Shown here piece by piece: positions 51,725-62,641 of a DNA stretch of 64,000 bases. The stretch spans positions 8,259 to 72,258 of the forward strand of contig DIMA01000018.1 in the NCBI GenBank assembly GCA_002425325.1, read 5' to 3'. The position numbers were made by a program, and so were the translations under genes. Source of the DNA: Bacillales bacterium UBA5578. GTDB taxonomy: Bacteria > Bacillota_I > Bacilli_A > RF39 > UBA660. How positions within the stretch are numbered: the first letter of the stretch is position 1; the number at the start of each line of letters is the position of its first letter. Below the pieces are notes generated by a model. It was not told where the DNA came from. It was given only the letters and a program-made list of their open reading frames with translations, and did no database searches.

Positions 51725-53386
51725 ATGGGAAAAAAAATAATGATAACATGTGATGGCTTAAGTGATAATGAAGTTATTGTTGGGACAACATTAAAGGAAA
51801 TAAGTGAAAAGGTAAAAGACAATTTTAAATATGATATCTTATTAGCAAAAATAGATAATGATTTAGCTGAGTTAACTGATACAGTTACTAGAAATTGTGA
51901 TGTAGAATTTTATGATAGAAGTTCTACATTAGGAAGATATATCTATATTTCTAGTGCTACATTTATGTTAATTGTAGCAGTTAAAAATATATTAGGACCA
52001 GATGCTAAAGTAATTACTAAACATTCATTAGATAATGGAGTTCTATGTCAAATAGAAGGTGTTGATATTAATAGAACTATATTAAATCAAATTAATGAAG
52101 AGATGCATCGCTTAGCTAAAGAAAATCTATTGTTTGAAAAAATTAGTGTTTCTCGTACAGATGCTATAAAATATTTTAAAAATAAAAAACAATTAGATAA
52201 AGTTAATGTATTAAAATATATATCTAATACATATGTTAATTTATATAAATTAGATAATTGTTATAATTATTTTTATAGTAAATTAGCTTATAGTACTGGA
52301 CAAATAGATGAATTTGAAACTAATTATTTATATGCTAATGATTTTGTATTATCTGTACCAACATTATCAAAACCAAATAAGATGACTGAATATAGTCATC
52401 ATACAAAAGTAGTTGATGCATTTAATAGAGCAGAAGAATTTACTAGTAAATTAGGTTGTGAATATGCAGCAGATGTTAATAGAGTAGTATCTGATGCTAA
52501 AATAACAGATTTAATTTTATTAGCTGAATCTTATTATGAAAGTCAATTACAAAGAACTGCTGATGACATTTCATCTAAAAGAGATGTTAGATTAGTTTTA
52601 TTAGCAGGCCCATCTAGTAGTGGTAAAACAACAACTTCAAAGAAAATTATGAACTATTTAAAGAGTAATGGTCATGGTGTATTACAAATTTCTGTTGATA
52701 ATTATTTTAAAGAATTAAAAGATACACCAAAAGATGAAAATGGTGATTATGACTTTGAATGTATTGAAGCTGTAGATACTGAATTATTAAATAAACATTT
52801 AGTTGATCTATTAGCTGGTAAAGAAGTTGAATTTCCTACATATAATTTCTTAACAGGTAAAAGAGAATATAATGGTAATAAAGCTAAATTAGGAGCTAAT
52901 GAAATAATGGTTATTGAAGGTATACATGCTATTAATGATCAAATGACTTTCTCAATAGAGAAAAAATTAAAATATAAAATTTATATTAGCCCATTAGTAA
53001 ATATTGGTATTGATAGCCAAAATTATATTCATACTACAGATATTAGAAAATTACGTCGTATAGTTAGAGATAGTAAAACTAGAGGAAAGACTGCTTCTGC
53101 AACATTAAAGATGTGGCATTCTATACGTAAGGGTGAAGAAAAATATATTTATCCATATCAAGATGATGTAGATACAGTAATTAATTCTAATCTATGCTAT
53201 GAAATAGGGGTATTAAAAACATATGTTGAACCTTTATTATTCTGTGTAGATGAAAATGATAATGTTTATCCAGAAGCATTAAGATTAATAAATTTCTTAA
53301 GAAACTTTTTACCTATACCAAGTGATGATATACCAATAAATTCTGTATTAAGAGAATTTATTGGTGGAAGTTGTTACAAAGATTAG
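51725..53386 (+). CDS. Nucleoside (uridine) kinase with ThrRS-like N-terminal domains
   Basis: [26 protein letters not shown]...RG, GE.KYI.PYQ. Confidence 0.85.
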   Translation: MGKKIMITCDGLSDNEVIVGTTLKEISEKVKDNFKYDILLAKIDNDLAELTDTVTRNCDVEFYDRSSTLGRYIYISSATFMLIVAVKNILGPDAKVITKHSLDNGVLCQIEGVDINRTILNQINEEMHRLAKENLLFEKISVSRTDAIKYFKNKKQLDKVNVLKYISNTYVNLYKLDNCYNYFYSKLAYSTGQIDEFETNYLYANDFVLSVPTLSKPNKMTEYSHHTKVVDAFNRAEEFTSKLGCEYAADVNRVVSDAKITDLILLAESYYESQLQRTADDISSKRDVRLVLLAGPSSSGKTTTSKKIMNYLKSNGHGVLQISVDNYFKELKDTPKDENGDYDFECIEAVDTELLNKHLVDLLAGKEVEFPTYNFLTGKREYNGNKAKLGANEIMVIEGIHAINDQMTFSIEKKLKYKIYISPLVNIGIDSQNYIHTTDIRKLRRIVRDSKTRGKTASATLKMWHSIRKGEEKYIYPYQDDVDTVINSNLCYEIGVLKTYVEPLLFCVDENDNVYPEALRLINFLRNFLPIPSDDIPINSVLREFIGGSCYKD

Positions 53387-53400
53387 AAAGAAGGAATAAT

Positions 53401-54408
53401 ATGACAAAAGTTGCAATAAATGGATTTGGTAGAATAGGAAGATTAGCATTTAGACAAATGTTTAATGTTCCAGGATATGAAGTAGTTGCTATTAATGACT
53501 TAACTAGTCCTGAGATGTTAGCACATCTACTAAAATATGATTCAGCACAAAAGAAATACGAATTAGCTGATACAATTAATTATGAGGAAGATGCTATTAT
53601 AGTAGATGGTAAAAGAATACCAGTATATAAAAATAGTGATCCATCAACATTACCTTGGGGTGAATTAGATGTAGATGTAGTTCTAGAATGTACAGGATTC
53701 TTCTGTTCTAAAGAAAAATCTATGGCACATATTAATGCAGGAGCAAAGAAAGTAATTATATCAGCTCCAGCTGGTAATGATTTACCTACAATTGTTTATG
53801 GTGTTAATGAAAATATTTTAACTAGTGAAGATAGAATTATAAGTGCAGCTAGTTGTACTACAAACTGTTTAGCTCCTATGGCTAATGCTTTAAATAAATA
53901 TGCTACAATAGTTTCTGGTATTATGACTACTGTTCATGCTTATACTGGAGATCAAATGATTCTTGATGGACCACATCGTAAAGGTGATTTAAGAAGAGCT
54001 AGAGCAGGTGCTATTAATATAGTTCCTAATTCAACAGGAGCAGCTAAAGCAATTGGTTTAGTTATTCCAGAATTAGCTGGTAAGTTAATTGGTGGAGCAC
54101 AAAGAGTTCCAGTACCAGATGGTTCAATTACATTATTAGATGCAGTTGTTGAAAGAGAAGTAACAGTAGAAGAAATTAATGCTATGATGAAGAGTGTTTC
54201 AAATGAAGTATATGGTTATACTGAAGAAGAAATTGTATCAGGAGATATAATTGGTGAAACACATGGTTCTATATTTGATGCAACTCAAACTAAAGTAATT
54301 AATTTAGGAGATGGAAGATCATTAGTACAAGTTGTAGCTTGGTATGATAATGAAAATTCTTATACTAGCCAAATGGTTAGAACTGCTAAGTATATAAGCA
54401 ATATGTAA
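53401..54408 (+). CDS. gap: Glyceraldehyde-3-phosphate dehydrogenase
   Basis: [29 protein letters not shown]. Confidence 0.97.
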   Translation: MTKVAINGFGRIGRLAFRQMFNVPGYEVVAINDLTSPEMLAHLLKYDSAQKKYELADTINYEEDAIIVDGKRIPVYKNSDPSTLPWGELDVDVVLECTGFFCSKEKSMAHINAGAKKVIISAPAGNDLPTIVYGVNENILTSEDRIISAASCTTNCLAPMANALNKYATIVSGIMTTVHAYTGDQMILDGPHRKGDLRRARAGAINIVPNSTGAAKAIGLVIPELAGKLIGGAQRVPVPDGSITLLDAVVEREVTVEEINAMMKSVSNEVYGYTEEEIVSGDIIGETHGSIFDATQTKVINLGDGRSLVQVVAWYDNENSYTSQMVRTAKYISNM

Positions 54409-54488
54409 AGTAAAATAAAAAAATAGAATTTACATTGTATGTTCTATTTTTTTTTGCTATAATCAGTTTGTAGAATAGAGGTAGTGTT

Positions 54489-55448
54489 ATGGCATTAATA
54501 TTGTTATTATTATCAATAGCACCAGTTGTATTTTTTGGATTCTTAATATACAACAGGGATAGAGAAAAAGAACCTACAGAAACTTTAATTAAATTATTTT
54601 TTTGTGGTGTTGGTTCTACATTCTTAACATTATTAATTACTTATATATTAACTATGATTTTTCCATTTTTTGGTTATGAAATGGATCAATTAAATATTTT
54701 AACACTTATACCTTATGTATTTATTGGTGTAGCATTAGTAGAAGAATTTTGTAAATGGATATTTGTTTATAAATTAGAATATAATGATCAAGAGTTTAAT
54801 CATTTATATGATGGTATAGTTTATGCTACTTTTGTATCATTAGGATTTGCTTGTTTTGAAAATATCTTATATGTATTTAGTTATGGAATACAAACTGCTA
54901 TAGTAAGAGCCTTACTTGCAGTACCAGGTCATTTATGTGATGGTATTATGATGGGGTATTATTTATCATTAGCAAAAGCTGCATTATTTAATAACAATAA
55001 AAGTTTATCAAAAAGAAATTTATTATTTAGTTTAGCTGTACCTACAGTAGCTCATGGTTTATATGATTATTTATTATTTGCATCAGATATCTCTGATAAT
55101 AGTATATTTATATTATTATTTTTAGTATTTGTTGTATTCTTCTTTGTATTAGCATCTAAGAAAGTTAAACAATTAGAAAAATCAACAATTAATTTGAATC
55201 CAAATTATATAAGTAAAAATGTAAGAGCACAAATGCAATATCAAGTATATAACAATGGATATATTTATCCTCAAGTAAATTATCAACAATATAATGTTCA
55301 ACAAAATAATATACAACAACCTCAAAATGTATATGCTCCTGATTCATTTAATCCATATACTAATCAAGAAGTTAAACCTAAATATTGTAGTAATTGTGGA
55401 ACACCTATTATAGGAAAATATTGTAGTAATTGTGGAAAAGAAGTATAA
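54489..55448 (+). CDS. prsW: PrsW-family intramembrane protease with Q/N linker and zinc ribbon
   Basis: VEEFCK, DGIVY...SLGFA..EN, H...HGLYD; CSNCG twice at the C-terminus. Confidence 0.85.
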   Translation: MALILLLLSIAPVVFFGFLIYNRDREKEPTETLIKLFFCGVGSTFLTLLITYILTMIFPFFGYEMDQLNILTLIPYVFIGVALVEEFCKWIFVYKLEYNDQEFNHLYDGIVYATFVSLGFACFENILYVFSYGIQTAIVRALLAVPGHLCDGIMMGYYLSLAKAALFNNNKSLSKRNLLFSLAVPTVAHGLYDYLLFASDISDNSIFILLFLVFVVFFFVLASKKVKQLEKSTINLNPNYISKNVRAQMQYQVYNNGYIYPQVNYQQYNVQQNNIQQPQNVYAPDSFNPYTNQEVKPKYCSNCGTPIIGKYCSNCGKEV

Positions 55449-55539
55449 ATTACTTCTTTTTTTTGATATAATTGAAAAAAGAAAGAAAAAAAGCATAAAA
55501 AAACTTGACTTAAAATATATTTATGCTATAATCTTGTTT

Positions 55540-55670
55540 AGTGAAAAAGGAAAGCGATGTGTCCACATCCACCTGATTACCCAAGGTAATAGGTAGTAAG
55601 CCAATATATAATAATGGTTTTTAAAGTGGATACTCCGGTATACACTTTTTTCATGGTATAAGAGTGATTG
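55540..55670 (+). ncRNA. Ribosomal protein L20 leader (boundaries approximate)
   Basis: Structured 5' UTR of infC-rpmI-rplT after TTGACT/TATAAT promoter; atccac...gtggat pairing; acct-gattacc-caa-ggtaat-aggt hairpin. Confidence 0.65.
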
Positions 55671-55683
55671 GGAGGTGTTTGTT

Positions 55684-56214
55684 ATCGCAAACAAAGAAAA
55701 AGGTTTGTTCATAAACGAACAAATTAGAGCTAAAGAAGTTATGGTTATTGGACCACAAGGAGAACAATTAGGAATTAAATCTACTAAGGATGCATTAACT
55801 CTAGCAACCTATGCAGGATTTGATCTTGTTTTAATTAATCCAAATGGTAATCCACCAGTAGCAAAAATTATGGATTACAATAAGTTTAAATATGAAAACA
55901 AGAAAAAACAAAAAGAAAATATTAAGAGACAAAGAGAAAGTAATTTAGAAATGAAAGAATATAGATTATCTGTATCTATAGATGTTCATGACTTTGATAC
56001 TAGAGTAAAACAAGCATCTAAATATTTAGAAAAAGGTCATAAGGTTAAAGGATCAATTAGATTCCGTGGTCGTGAAATGGCACATACTGATTTAGGTCGT
56101 GATGTATTATTACGTTTTGCAGAAGCTTTAAATGAAGTAAGTGATGTAGAACAAAAACCTATTTTAGAGGGACGTAATATGACAATGATACTTATACCAA
56201 AGAAAGAAAAGTAG
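55684..56214 (+). CDS. infC: Translation initiation factor IF-3 (probable ATC start)
   Basis: INEQIR..EV, DLV...PPV.KIMDY.KFKYE, FRGRE..H; GGAGGT lies 7 nt before in-frame ATC. Confidence 0.95.
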   Translation: MANKEKGLFINEQIRAKEVMVIGPQGEQLGIKSTKDALTLATYAGFDLVLINPNGNPPVAKIMDYNKFKYENKKKQKENIKRQRESNLEMKEYRLSVSIDVHDFDTRVKQASKYLEKGHKVKGSIRFRGREMAHTDLGRDVLLRFAEALNEVSDVEQKPILEGRNMTMILIPKKEK

Positions 56215-56224
56215 GGAGGATATT

Positions 56225-56431
56225 ATGGCAAAAGTAAAGAAAGTTAAAGCAAAATCTCATAAAGGAACTCAAAAAGTTTTAAATGTAAGAGATGGTGGTT
56301 CAATTAAAATTGGACATCCAGGAACTAGACATAATACTGGTAAGAAAAATGCTGCTTCAAATAGAAGTGGAAGAAGTTTATCTGCATTATCTAAAGCAGA
56401 TGCTAACAGATTAAAAAAAGTTAATATTTAA
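56225..56431 (+). CDS. rpmI: 50S ribosomal protein L35 (divergent)
   Basis: Basic 68 aa ORF between infC and rplT; K.KSHKG..K, H...KK, LS..D..R pattern. Confidence 0.75.
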   Translation: MAKVKKVKAKSHKGTQKVLNVRDGGSIKIGHPGTRHNTGKKNAASNRSGRSLSALSKADANRLKKVNI

Positions 56432-56452
56432 TTATAAGAAGGAGGAATTTAC

Positions 56453-57007
56453 GTGGCAAGAGTAAAAGGAAGTAATATCCATGCACAAAGAAGAAAGAAA
56501 ATTTTAAAACGTGCTAGAGGATATTTTGGAAGTAAACATAAATTATATAAAACTGCTAAAGAACAAGTAATGCATTCTTTAAAATATGCATATAGAGATA
56601 GAAGACAAACTAAGAGAAATATGAGAAAATTATGGATAACTCGTATTAATGCAGCTTGTCGTATGAATGATATTAGTTATTCTAAATTTATTTCAGGTTT
56701 AAATAAAGCTGGAATTACAATTAATAGAAAGATGTTAAGTGAAATAGCTATTTGTGATGATAAAGCATTTGCTGAATTAGTTAAAACAGCTAAAGATGCT
56801 TTAAACGGAAAAGTAGCTGCAAAAGCTGAAACTAAAGAAGTTAAAGAAGTAAAAGAAACTAAAGCAGTTAAAAAAGAAACTAAAAAAGAAGAAGCTACTG
56901 ATTTAAGTAAATTAACAGTTGCTGAATTAAAAGCATTAGCTAAAGAAAAAAATGTTGAAGGTTATACTTCAATGAAAAAAGCTGAATTAATAGATGCTTT
57001 AAAATAA
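56453..57007 (+). CDS. rplT: 50S ribosomal protein L20 with C-terminal Rho-N-like extension
   Basis: ARVK, A.GY.G, YAYRDR, R.LWI.RINAA, NRKMLSE.A; extra ~65 aa. Confidence 0.95.
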   Translation: MARVKGSNIHAQRRKKILKRARGYFGSKHKLYKTAKEQVMHSLKYAYRDRRQTKRNMRKLWITRINAACRMNDISYSKFISGLNKAGITINRKMLSEIAICDDKAFAELVKTAKDALNGKVAAKAETKEVKEVKETKAVKKETKKEEATDLSKLTVAELKALAKEKNVEGYTSMKKAELIDALK

Positions 57008-57088
57008 TCAATTTATTTGATTATTTTTTTGTTGTTTTGACAAATTATATGACTTTGTGTATAATATGCCATAAATCAAAAAAGAGGG

Positions 57089-58345
57089 GTGAATATAATG
57101 TTATTAAGTTATGAAGTATCAATTACAGCTAACTCAGTTTTAGTTAAAAATGGTATGAGACCTAAAATGAGTATATTAGATAATAGATATAGAAATTTTA
57201 CTGATGAAGAATTAGCGGTAATAGAACATTTAGAATTAAATAATTATACTAATATTGAAGAATTAGTGCATTTTCCTAATTTAAAATCATTAGTAATTAA
57301 AAGTAGTAACTATAATGACATTATTCCAGATGTTGATTATAGAGAATGTACTGCTATAAATCATATTGAGAATTATGAACAATTATCTAATTTAAGTAAT
57401 TTAGAAGAATTAGTGATTGAAAATGATTTATATATTGAAAAATTAGATTTAACTAATTTAAATAAATTAAGAAAATTACATTTAATAAATAATGCTAAAT
57501 TAAAAACTATAGTTGGATTAGAGGATATAGAAACTTTAGATGATGTGTTAATGTATGGTAATCCATTTAGTTGTAAATTTAATATAAATAAATATGCACA
57601 AAATACGTCATTAGCTTATAGAAATATATTAGACATTAATTTATATATTGATGCTATTTATGGTGATAGAAATATAGCTAAGACATTAATGAATATGGAA
57701 ATTGCTGGTTTAAGTAAAATTTTATTTGCTGAAAAAAGTGGATTTTTAAATTATTCAACAATTAACTGTCAATGGTTATATGATATGTTTATGAAATTAG
57801 ATGTTTTCTTTAGAAGAAATAATATGTATAGCATGAGTGATTATGAAAAATGTATGTTTGTATTTAACTATTTAATAAAGAATGTAGCTTTTTCAGAAGA
57901 ACAAATATTATCTAGAAATGCTGAATATATTGAAGCTAAAAATAGATTTAATGATATTCCTGAACAATTAGTAGATAGATTAAATTTTATACATAGTAGT
58001 TATAGAGCTTATCATTTTAAATTTGCTAACTGTGAAGGTATAGTTAATCTTGGTGTATTTATGTTAAAGATGTTAGGATTAGATGCTTATAATGTTCATT
58101 GTAAAGATAAGAGAGCTAATTCTACGCAAACAAATCATTCTATTATAAGAGTAAATTTTAAAGATATACCTTTATATATGGATCCTACTTATGATAGAAA
58201 GAATAGTGATAAATATTGTTTAATTAACTTTGAAGAAATTTCTGAATATCATGATTTAGATTCTTTTGAATACTCATTATATAAGGAATTTACAGATAAA
58301 TTAGGAGGAAAAAAATATGTTAACTCAAATATTAATAAATGGTAA
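57089..58345 (+). CDS. Leucine-rich-repeat + transglutaminase-like (Cys-His-Asp) protein
   Basis: LxxLxNLxxLxI repeats; ANCEG, NHS, MDPT triad-like motifs. Confidence 0.7.
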   Translation: MNIMLLSYEVSITANSVLVKNGMRPKMSILDNRYRNFTDEELAVIEHLELNNYTNIEELVHFPNLKSLVIKSSNYNDIIPDVDYRECTAINHIENYEQLSNLSNLEELVIENDLYIEKLDLTNLNKLRKLHLINNAKLKTIVGLEDIETLDDVLMYGNPFSCKFNINKYAQNTSLAYRNILDINLYIDAIYGDRNIAKTLMNMEIAGLSKILFAEKSGFLNYSTINCQWLYDMFMKLDVFFRRNNMYSMSDYEKCMFVFNYLIKNVAFSEEQILSRNAEYIEAKNRFNDIPEQLVDRLNFIHSSYRAYHFKFANCEGIVNLGVFMLKMLGLDAYNVHCKDKRANSTQTNHSIIRVNFKDIPLYMDPTYDRKNSDKYCLINFEEISEYHDLDSFEYSLYKEFTDKLGGKKYVNSNINKW

Positions 58346-59909
58346 AGATATGAATTTATCTGAATTCCCAGAAGTAGAGGAAAGATTAATATTCTTATCA
58401 CCAGAAGAGTTACAAGAAATAAAACAAATAGTATCTAATATTCAAGCTGAACATTTATATCAAGGAAATTTTACACATGGTTTATATCATAGTGAAAAGA
58501 CATTTATTTATACATATTTATTAGCAAAAAAAGAAGGTATTAAAGAACCTTTTAGACAAATATTATTTGATGCTGCAATATATCATGATTGTAATAGACA
58601 AGATAATTTTGAAGATTCAATACATGGTTATGCTTCTGCCAATAAAATAAAAGGTTTACTAGATAGTAAAGAAATTTCTTTATCTTCTATTTATAATAAT
58701 AAAAAATATCAAGTAATATTATATGCTTTAATGGAGACACATAGTGCTAGAGAAAATGCAGATTCAGATTTAAATTGTTTATTAAATCAAGCAAGTAATT
58801 TAAACTTATTAAAAGATGAATTAACATTAGCTGAAGAATTAATTGATATTGTTGGTCCATATTTAACGCTATGTAAAATATTAAAAGATGCAGATGCATT
58901 AGATAGAAAAAGATTTGGTGATGTTTCATATGCATCACTTAATGAAGAATATTTAAGATTAGAAAGTTCTAAAAAATTAGTTGATTTTGCTGATCAAATT
59001 AATAAATTATATTTTGAATTAATGAAACAAGATTATGAAGAAATAGATGAAACTAAAGTAGCTTCTAAAAATTGTATTCATAGTATAGGTTTTGATTTCT
59101 TTAAAATTAATAGTGTTTTAGAACATGGTGTTTTATCTGCGGATGAAATGAAGAAAAGAAAATTAAATATACCTCGTAACTTTACTGGTGGTAATTTTGA
59201 TAGATGGATTTCAGTTGTAGATTTAGATTTAATTAAAGAAAATTTAACAGCTAAGAAAGAGTTTATCGATAAAGGAATTAGTTTTACTTGTCATGATGTT
59301 AAATTACATGAACCTATGGGACATAATCAGAGATTACAAGCTTTTGAAAAAGGTAGACCATGGAATAAATCTGAACACTTAGATGAAAGATATGCTTTAA
59401 TGCGTATAGCACCAGAAAAGATTATTTCTATAAATATTCCTAATAGTTATGCAGATACTAGTTTAAATGATTTAAATTATTTATATAATTCATTAGATAT
59501 TGATATGATTATTAATAGGGTAAATTACTATATGAGACAAACACAAACACCTAAAGATGATTTATTAGCTGAAGAAGTAAATATATATATTGGTCAATAT
59601 AATTTAGAATTAAAGAAATATTTATTTTTGGATAATGAAGAAAGAAAATCTTATGATTTAGTTTCAAAATTAAATCCTATATTAGCGCAAATTAGTAGTG
59701 TAATTGGTAAAATGGTTACAAGATTTTATGCTAACAGAATTAGTATAGGGAATAAAGATAAAATTACAGTTTTAGATGCTGTAAATTATGAGCTATCTTT
59801 AAATACTAAATATTGTATAGATACAACTTTATTAGTTGATGATAAAATAACTATGACATTAAGTAGAGATACTAATAGAGCAGTAAATAAAGAAAAGATT
59901 ATTAATTAA
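58317..59909 (+). CDS. HD-domain phosphohydrolase fused to a possible ADP-ribosyltransferase-like domain
   Basis: HG..HSE, YHD..R, HG..SA, LKDADALDR (HD); then HS....I.SVL.HGVLS...E....IAPEKI.SI. Confidence 0.65.
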   Translation: MLTQILINGKDMNLSEFPEVEERLIFLSPEELQEIKQIVSNIQAEHLYQGNFTHGLYHSEKTFIYTYLLAKKEGIKEPFRQILFDAAIYHDCNRQDNFEDSIHGYASANKIKGLLDSKEISLSSIYNNKKYQVILYALMETHSARENADSDLNCLLNQASNLNLLKDELTLAEELIDIVGPYLTLCKILKDADALDRKRFGDVSYASLNEEYLRLESSKKLVDFADQINKLYFELMKQDYEEIDETKVASKNCIHSIGFDFFKINSVLEHGVLSADEMKKRKLNIPRNFTGGNFDRWISVVDLDLIKENLTAKKEFIDKGISFTCHDVKLHEPMGHNQRLQAFEKGRPWNKSEHLDERYALMRIAPEKIISINIPNSYADTSLNDLNYLYNSLDIDMIINRVNYYMRQTQTPKDDLLAEEVNIYIGQYNLELKKYLFLDNEERKSYDLVSKLNPILAQISSVIGKMVTRFYANRISIGNKDKITVLDAVNYELSLNTKYCIDTTLLVDDKITMTLSRDTNRAVNKEKIIN

Positions 59910-59975
59910 TCTTTTTTTTATGCATTATATATTATTTTTTGTTATAATGGATATATAGTAAAGAGAGGTTTTTAT

Positions 59976-60281
59976 ATGGATGCATTTTTTGTATTATTAT
60001 TAGTGTTTATAATTGTATGTTGGTCTTGTTATAGAAGAAAATTATCTAAAGCTGCATATGGTATTGCTGGTTTAGATTTATTCTTACGTATAGTAGCATT
60101 TTTATCTACTATAAAAGGTATACCAGGATTAACTACATTTTTAGCTAAATGGCCTAATGATTTATTATCAGTTGCTGATAAGTATACAGATGGTTTAGTT
60201 TATTTATTAATAGGATGGGCATTTATCATTTTAATGATTTATTTCTTATTCTTAACATTATCAACATTTTTCAAAAAGTGA
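59976..60281 (+). CDS. Small hypothetical membrane protein
   Basis: Three hydrophobic helices, GAGG RBS. Confidence 0.65.
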   Translation: MDAFFVLLLVFIIVCWSCYRRKLSKAAYGIAGLDLFLRIVAFLSTIKGIPGLTTFLAKWPNDLLSVADKYTDGLVYLLIGWAFIILMIYFLFLTLSTFFKK

Positions 60282-60343
60282 TTATTCACTTTTTTTTATA
60301 TACAAAACACTTGTTCGTATGATATAATGAAAATGGTGATAAT

Positions 60344-60895
60344 ATGTATGAATATATAAATGGCATAGTAACAATAGTAGAAACATCATATATTGTATTA
60401 GAAAATAATGGGATAGGATATCAAGTATATGTTGGAAATCCTTATTCTTTTAAAGAAAATAATGAATATAAAGTATTTATTTATCAACATGTTAGAGAAG
60501 ATGAAATAACATTATATGGATTTAGAAATAAAGACGAAAAAGATATGTTTTTAAAACTTATTGAAGTTAAGGGATTAGGTTGTAAAATGGCGTTACCTTT
60601 ATTAGCAAGTGGTGATATTGATTCTTTATGGTCTGCTATAGATAATGAAAATATTTTATATTTAAAGAAATTTCCTAAGATAGGAGATAAAGTAGCAAGA
60701 CAAATAATATTAGATTTAAAGGGAAAATTATCTAAGACTACATCAGTTAATGATAAGAGTTTTACAGAATTAATAGAGGTATTACAAGGATTAGGTTATA
60801 AACAACCTGATATTAAGAAAGTTCTTAATAATATAGATGCTAATATAACTATTGAACAACAAATAAAAGAAGCTCTAAGATTATTATCAAAATAG
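60344..60895 (+). CDS. ruvA: Holliday junction branch migration protein RuvA
   Basis: G.GY, VRED...LYGF, LI.V.G.G.K.A, IG.K.A.QIILDLKGK. Confidence 0.95.
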   Translation: MYEYINGIVTIVETSYIVLENNGIGYQVYVGNPYSFKENNEYKVFIYQHVREDEITLYGFRNKDEKDMFLKLIEVKGLGCKMALPLLASGDIDSLWSAIDNENILYLKKFPKIGDKVARQIILDLKGKLSKTTSVNDKSFTELIEVLQGLGYKQPDIKKVLNNIDANITIEQQIKEALRLLSK

Positions 60896-60910
60896 ATAAG
60901 GAGATAATAT

Positions 60911-61909
60911 ATGGAAGAAAGAATTACAAGTGCAGATAAAATGAATGAAGATAATTTTGAAAAAAATATAAGACCAGAGAGTATAACTGAATACGTTGGG
61001 CAAACAGAAGTAAAAGAAAATCTTAATATTTTTATTAAAGCTGCAAAGATGCGTAATGAACCATTAGATCATGTATTATTATATGGTCCTCCAGGTTTGG
61101 GAAAGACAACATTATCATATATTATAGCTAATGAATTAGGTAGCAATATAAAAACAACTAGTGGACCTTCTATTGAAAAAAGTGGAGATTTAGCTGCAGT
61201 TTTATCTACACTAGAAGAAGGTGATGTATTATTTATAGATGAGATACATCGTATTCCTAGATTTATTGAAGAAATACTATATTCTGCTATGGAAGATTTT
61301 ACATTAGATATTATTGTGGGTAATGATTCAAATAGTAGAAATATTCGTATTGATTTACCTCCGTTTACGTTAGTAGGAGCTACTACAAGAGCTGGAGATT
61401 TAACAGGACCACTTCGTGATAGATTTGGTATTATTAATAAATTAAATTACTATACAGAAGAGGAACTAAAGGACATAGCTATTAGAACTAGTAAGGTTTT
61501 AAATGTTAATATTACCGAAGATGCAGCTTATGAATTAGCTAGAAGAAGTAGAGGTACTCCAAGAATTTGTAATAGATTATTTAGAAGAGTTAGAGATTTT
61601 GCTTTAGTTATGGGTGATGGAGATATTAATCTAGAAATAACTAAATTAGCTTTAGATAAATTAAAAGTAGATAGTTTAGGTTTAGATGATACAGACTATA
61701 ACTTATTAAAATCTATTATAGAAAAATTTAATGGTGGACCTGTTGGGATTGAGGCTATTGCATCATCAATTGGTGAAGAACAAACTACTATTGAAGATGT
61801 ATATGAACCATACTTATTACAAACTGGTTTACTTAAAAGAACTAGTAGAGGAAGAATGGTAACTGAAAAGGCATATGAACATTTAGGAATTCCATTTAAA
61901 ATGAATTAG
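60911..61909 (+). CDS. ruvB: Holliday junction branch migration ATPase RuvB
   Basis: [40 protein letters not shown]. Confidence 0.97.
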   Translation: MEERITSADKMNEDNFEKNIRPESITEYVGQTEVKENLNIFIKAAKMRNEPLDHVLLYGPPGLGKTTLSYIIANELGSNIKTTSGPSIEKSGDLAAVLSTLEEGDVLFIDEIHRIPRFIEEILYSAMEDFTLDIIVGNDSNSRNIRIDLPPFTLVGATTRAGDLTGPLRDRFGIINKLNYYTEEELKDIAIRTSKVLNVNITEDAAYELARRSRGTPRICNRLFRRVRDFALVMGDGDINLEITKLALDKLKVDSLGLDDTDYNLLKSIIEKFNGGPVGIEAIASSIGEEQTTIEDVYEPYLLQTGLLKRTSRGRMVTEKAYEHLGIPFKMN

Positions 61910-61990
61910 AAAAAACTAATTCATTTTTGTTTTTTTAGTATTATTATGTTATAATGTTATTGTTAATTTAATAGAAATTGAGGTCGTTTT

Positions 61991-62641
61991 ATGATTATTG
62001 GAAAGTATAATAAGTCAGTAATAGTTACCTATTTAGGTGTATTATCTACTGCAATTGGTATTTTCTTTATATTAGGTAATGAATCTCCATTATTAACATT
62101 ACCAATTATTTGTTTTATGATATCAGGTATATGTGATTTATTTGATGGAAGAATAGCTAGAATGTGTAAGGGAAGAACAGAAGAAGATAAAGAATTTGGA
62201 ATTCAAATTGATTCTTTAACTGATATGATTTCTTTTATAGCATATCCTATGATTATTTTATATGGATATTCTAAAGGATTAAATGTTGGATTAAATCCAT
62301 GGATTACAATTCCAATTTTGGCTTGTTTTATTATAGCAGGTATTAGTAGATTAGCTTATTTTAATGTGCAAGCTGCTTTAGAAGATGGACCAGTTAAATA
62401 TTATACAGGTTTACCTGTTACATCTACATCAATTATTTTTCCAGCTTTTTATTTATTAAGATATGTAGTTGATGCACAAGTATTTGTAGGTATTAACTTA
62501 GCATTATTTGCTGTAATAGCATTCTTAATGGTATTTAAATTTAAATTACCAAAACCTAAAGCTAATTGGTGGTATATAACATGTTCAGTATTAGCTGCAG
62601 TAATGGCTGCCTTATTAATATATATTAGGTTTTATAAATAA
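61991..62641 (+). CDS. pssA: CDP-alcohol phosphatidyltransferase (phosphatidylserine synthase-like)
   Basis: D.FDGRIAR...FG.QIDSL.D, RLA.FN, GLP; coupled to psd. Confidence 0.8.
   Translation: MIIGKYNKSVIVTYLGVLSTAIGIFFILGNESPLLTLPIICFMISGICDLFDGRIARMCKGRTEEDKEFGIQIDSLTDMISFIAYPMIILYGYSKGLNVGLNPWITIPILACFIIAGISRLAYFNVQAALEDGPVKYYTGLPVTSTSIIFPAFYLLRYVVDAQVFVGINLALFAVIAFLMVFKFKLPKPKANWWYITCSVLAAVMAALLIYIRFYK

Noticed and set aside
55380-55436. 21-bp direct repeat aaatattgtagtaattgtgga
   Set aside because: Encodes the two KYCSNCG knuckles of an ordinary zinc ribbon.
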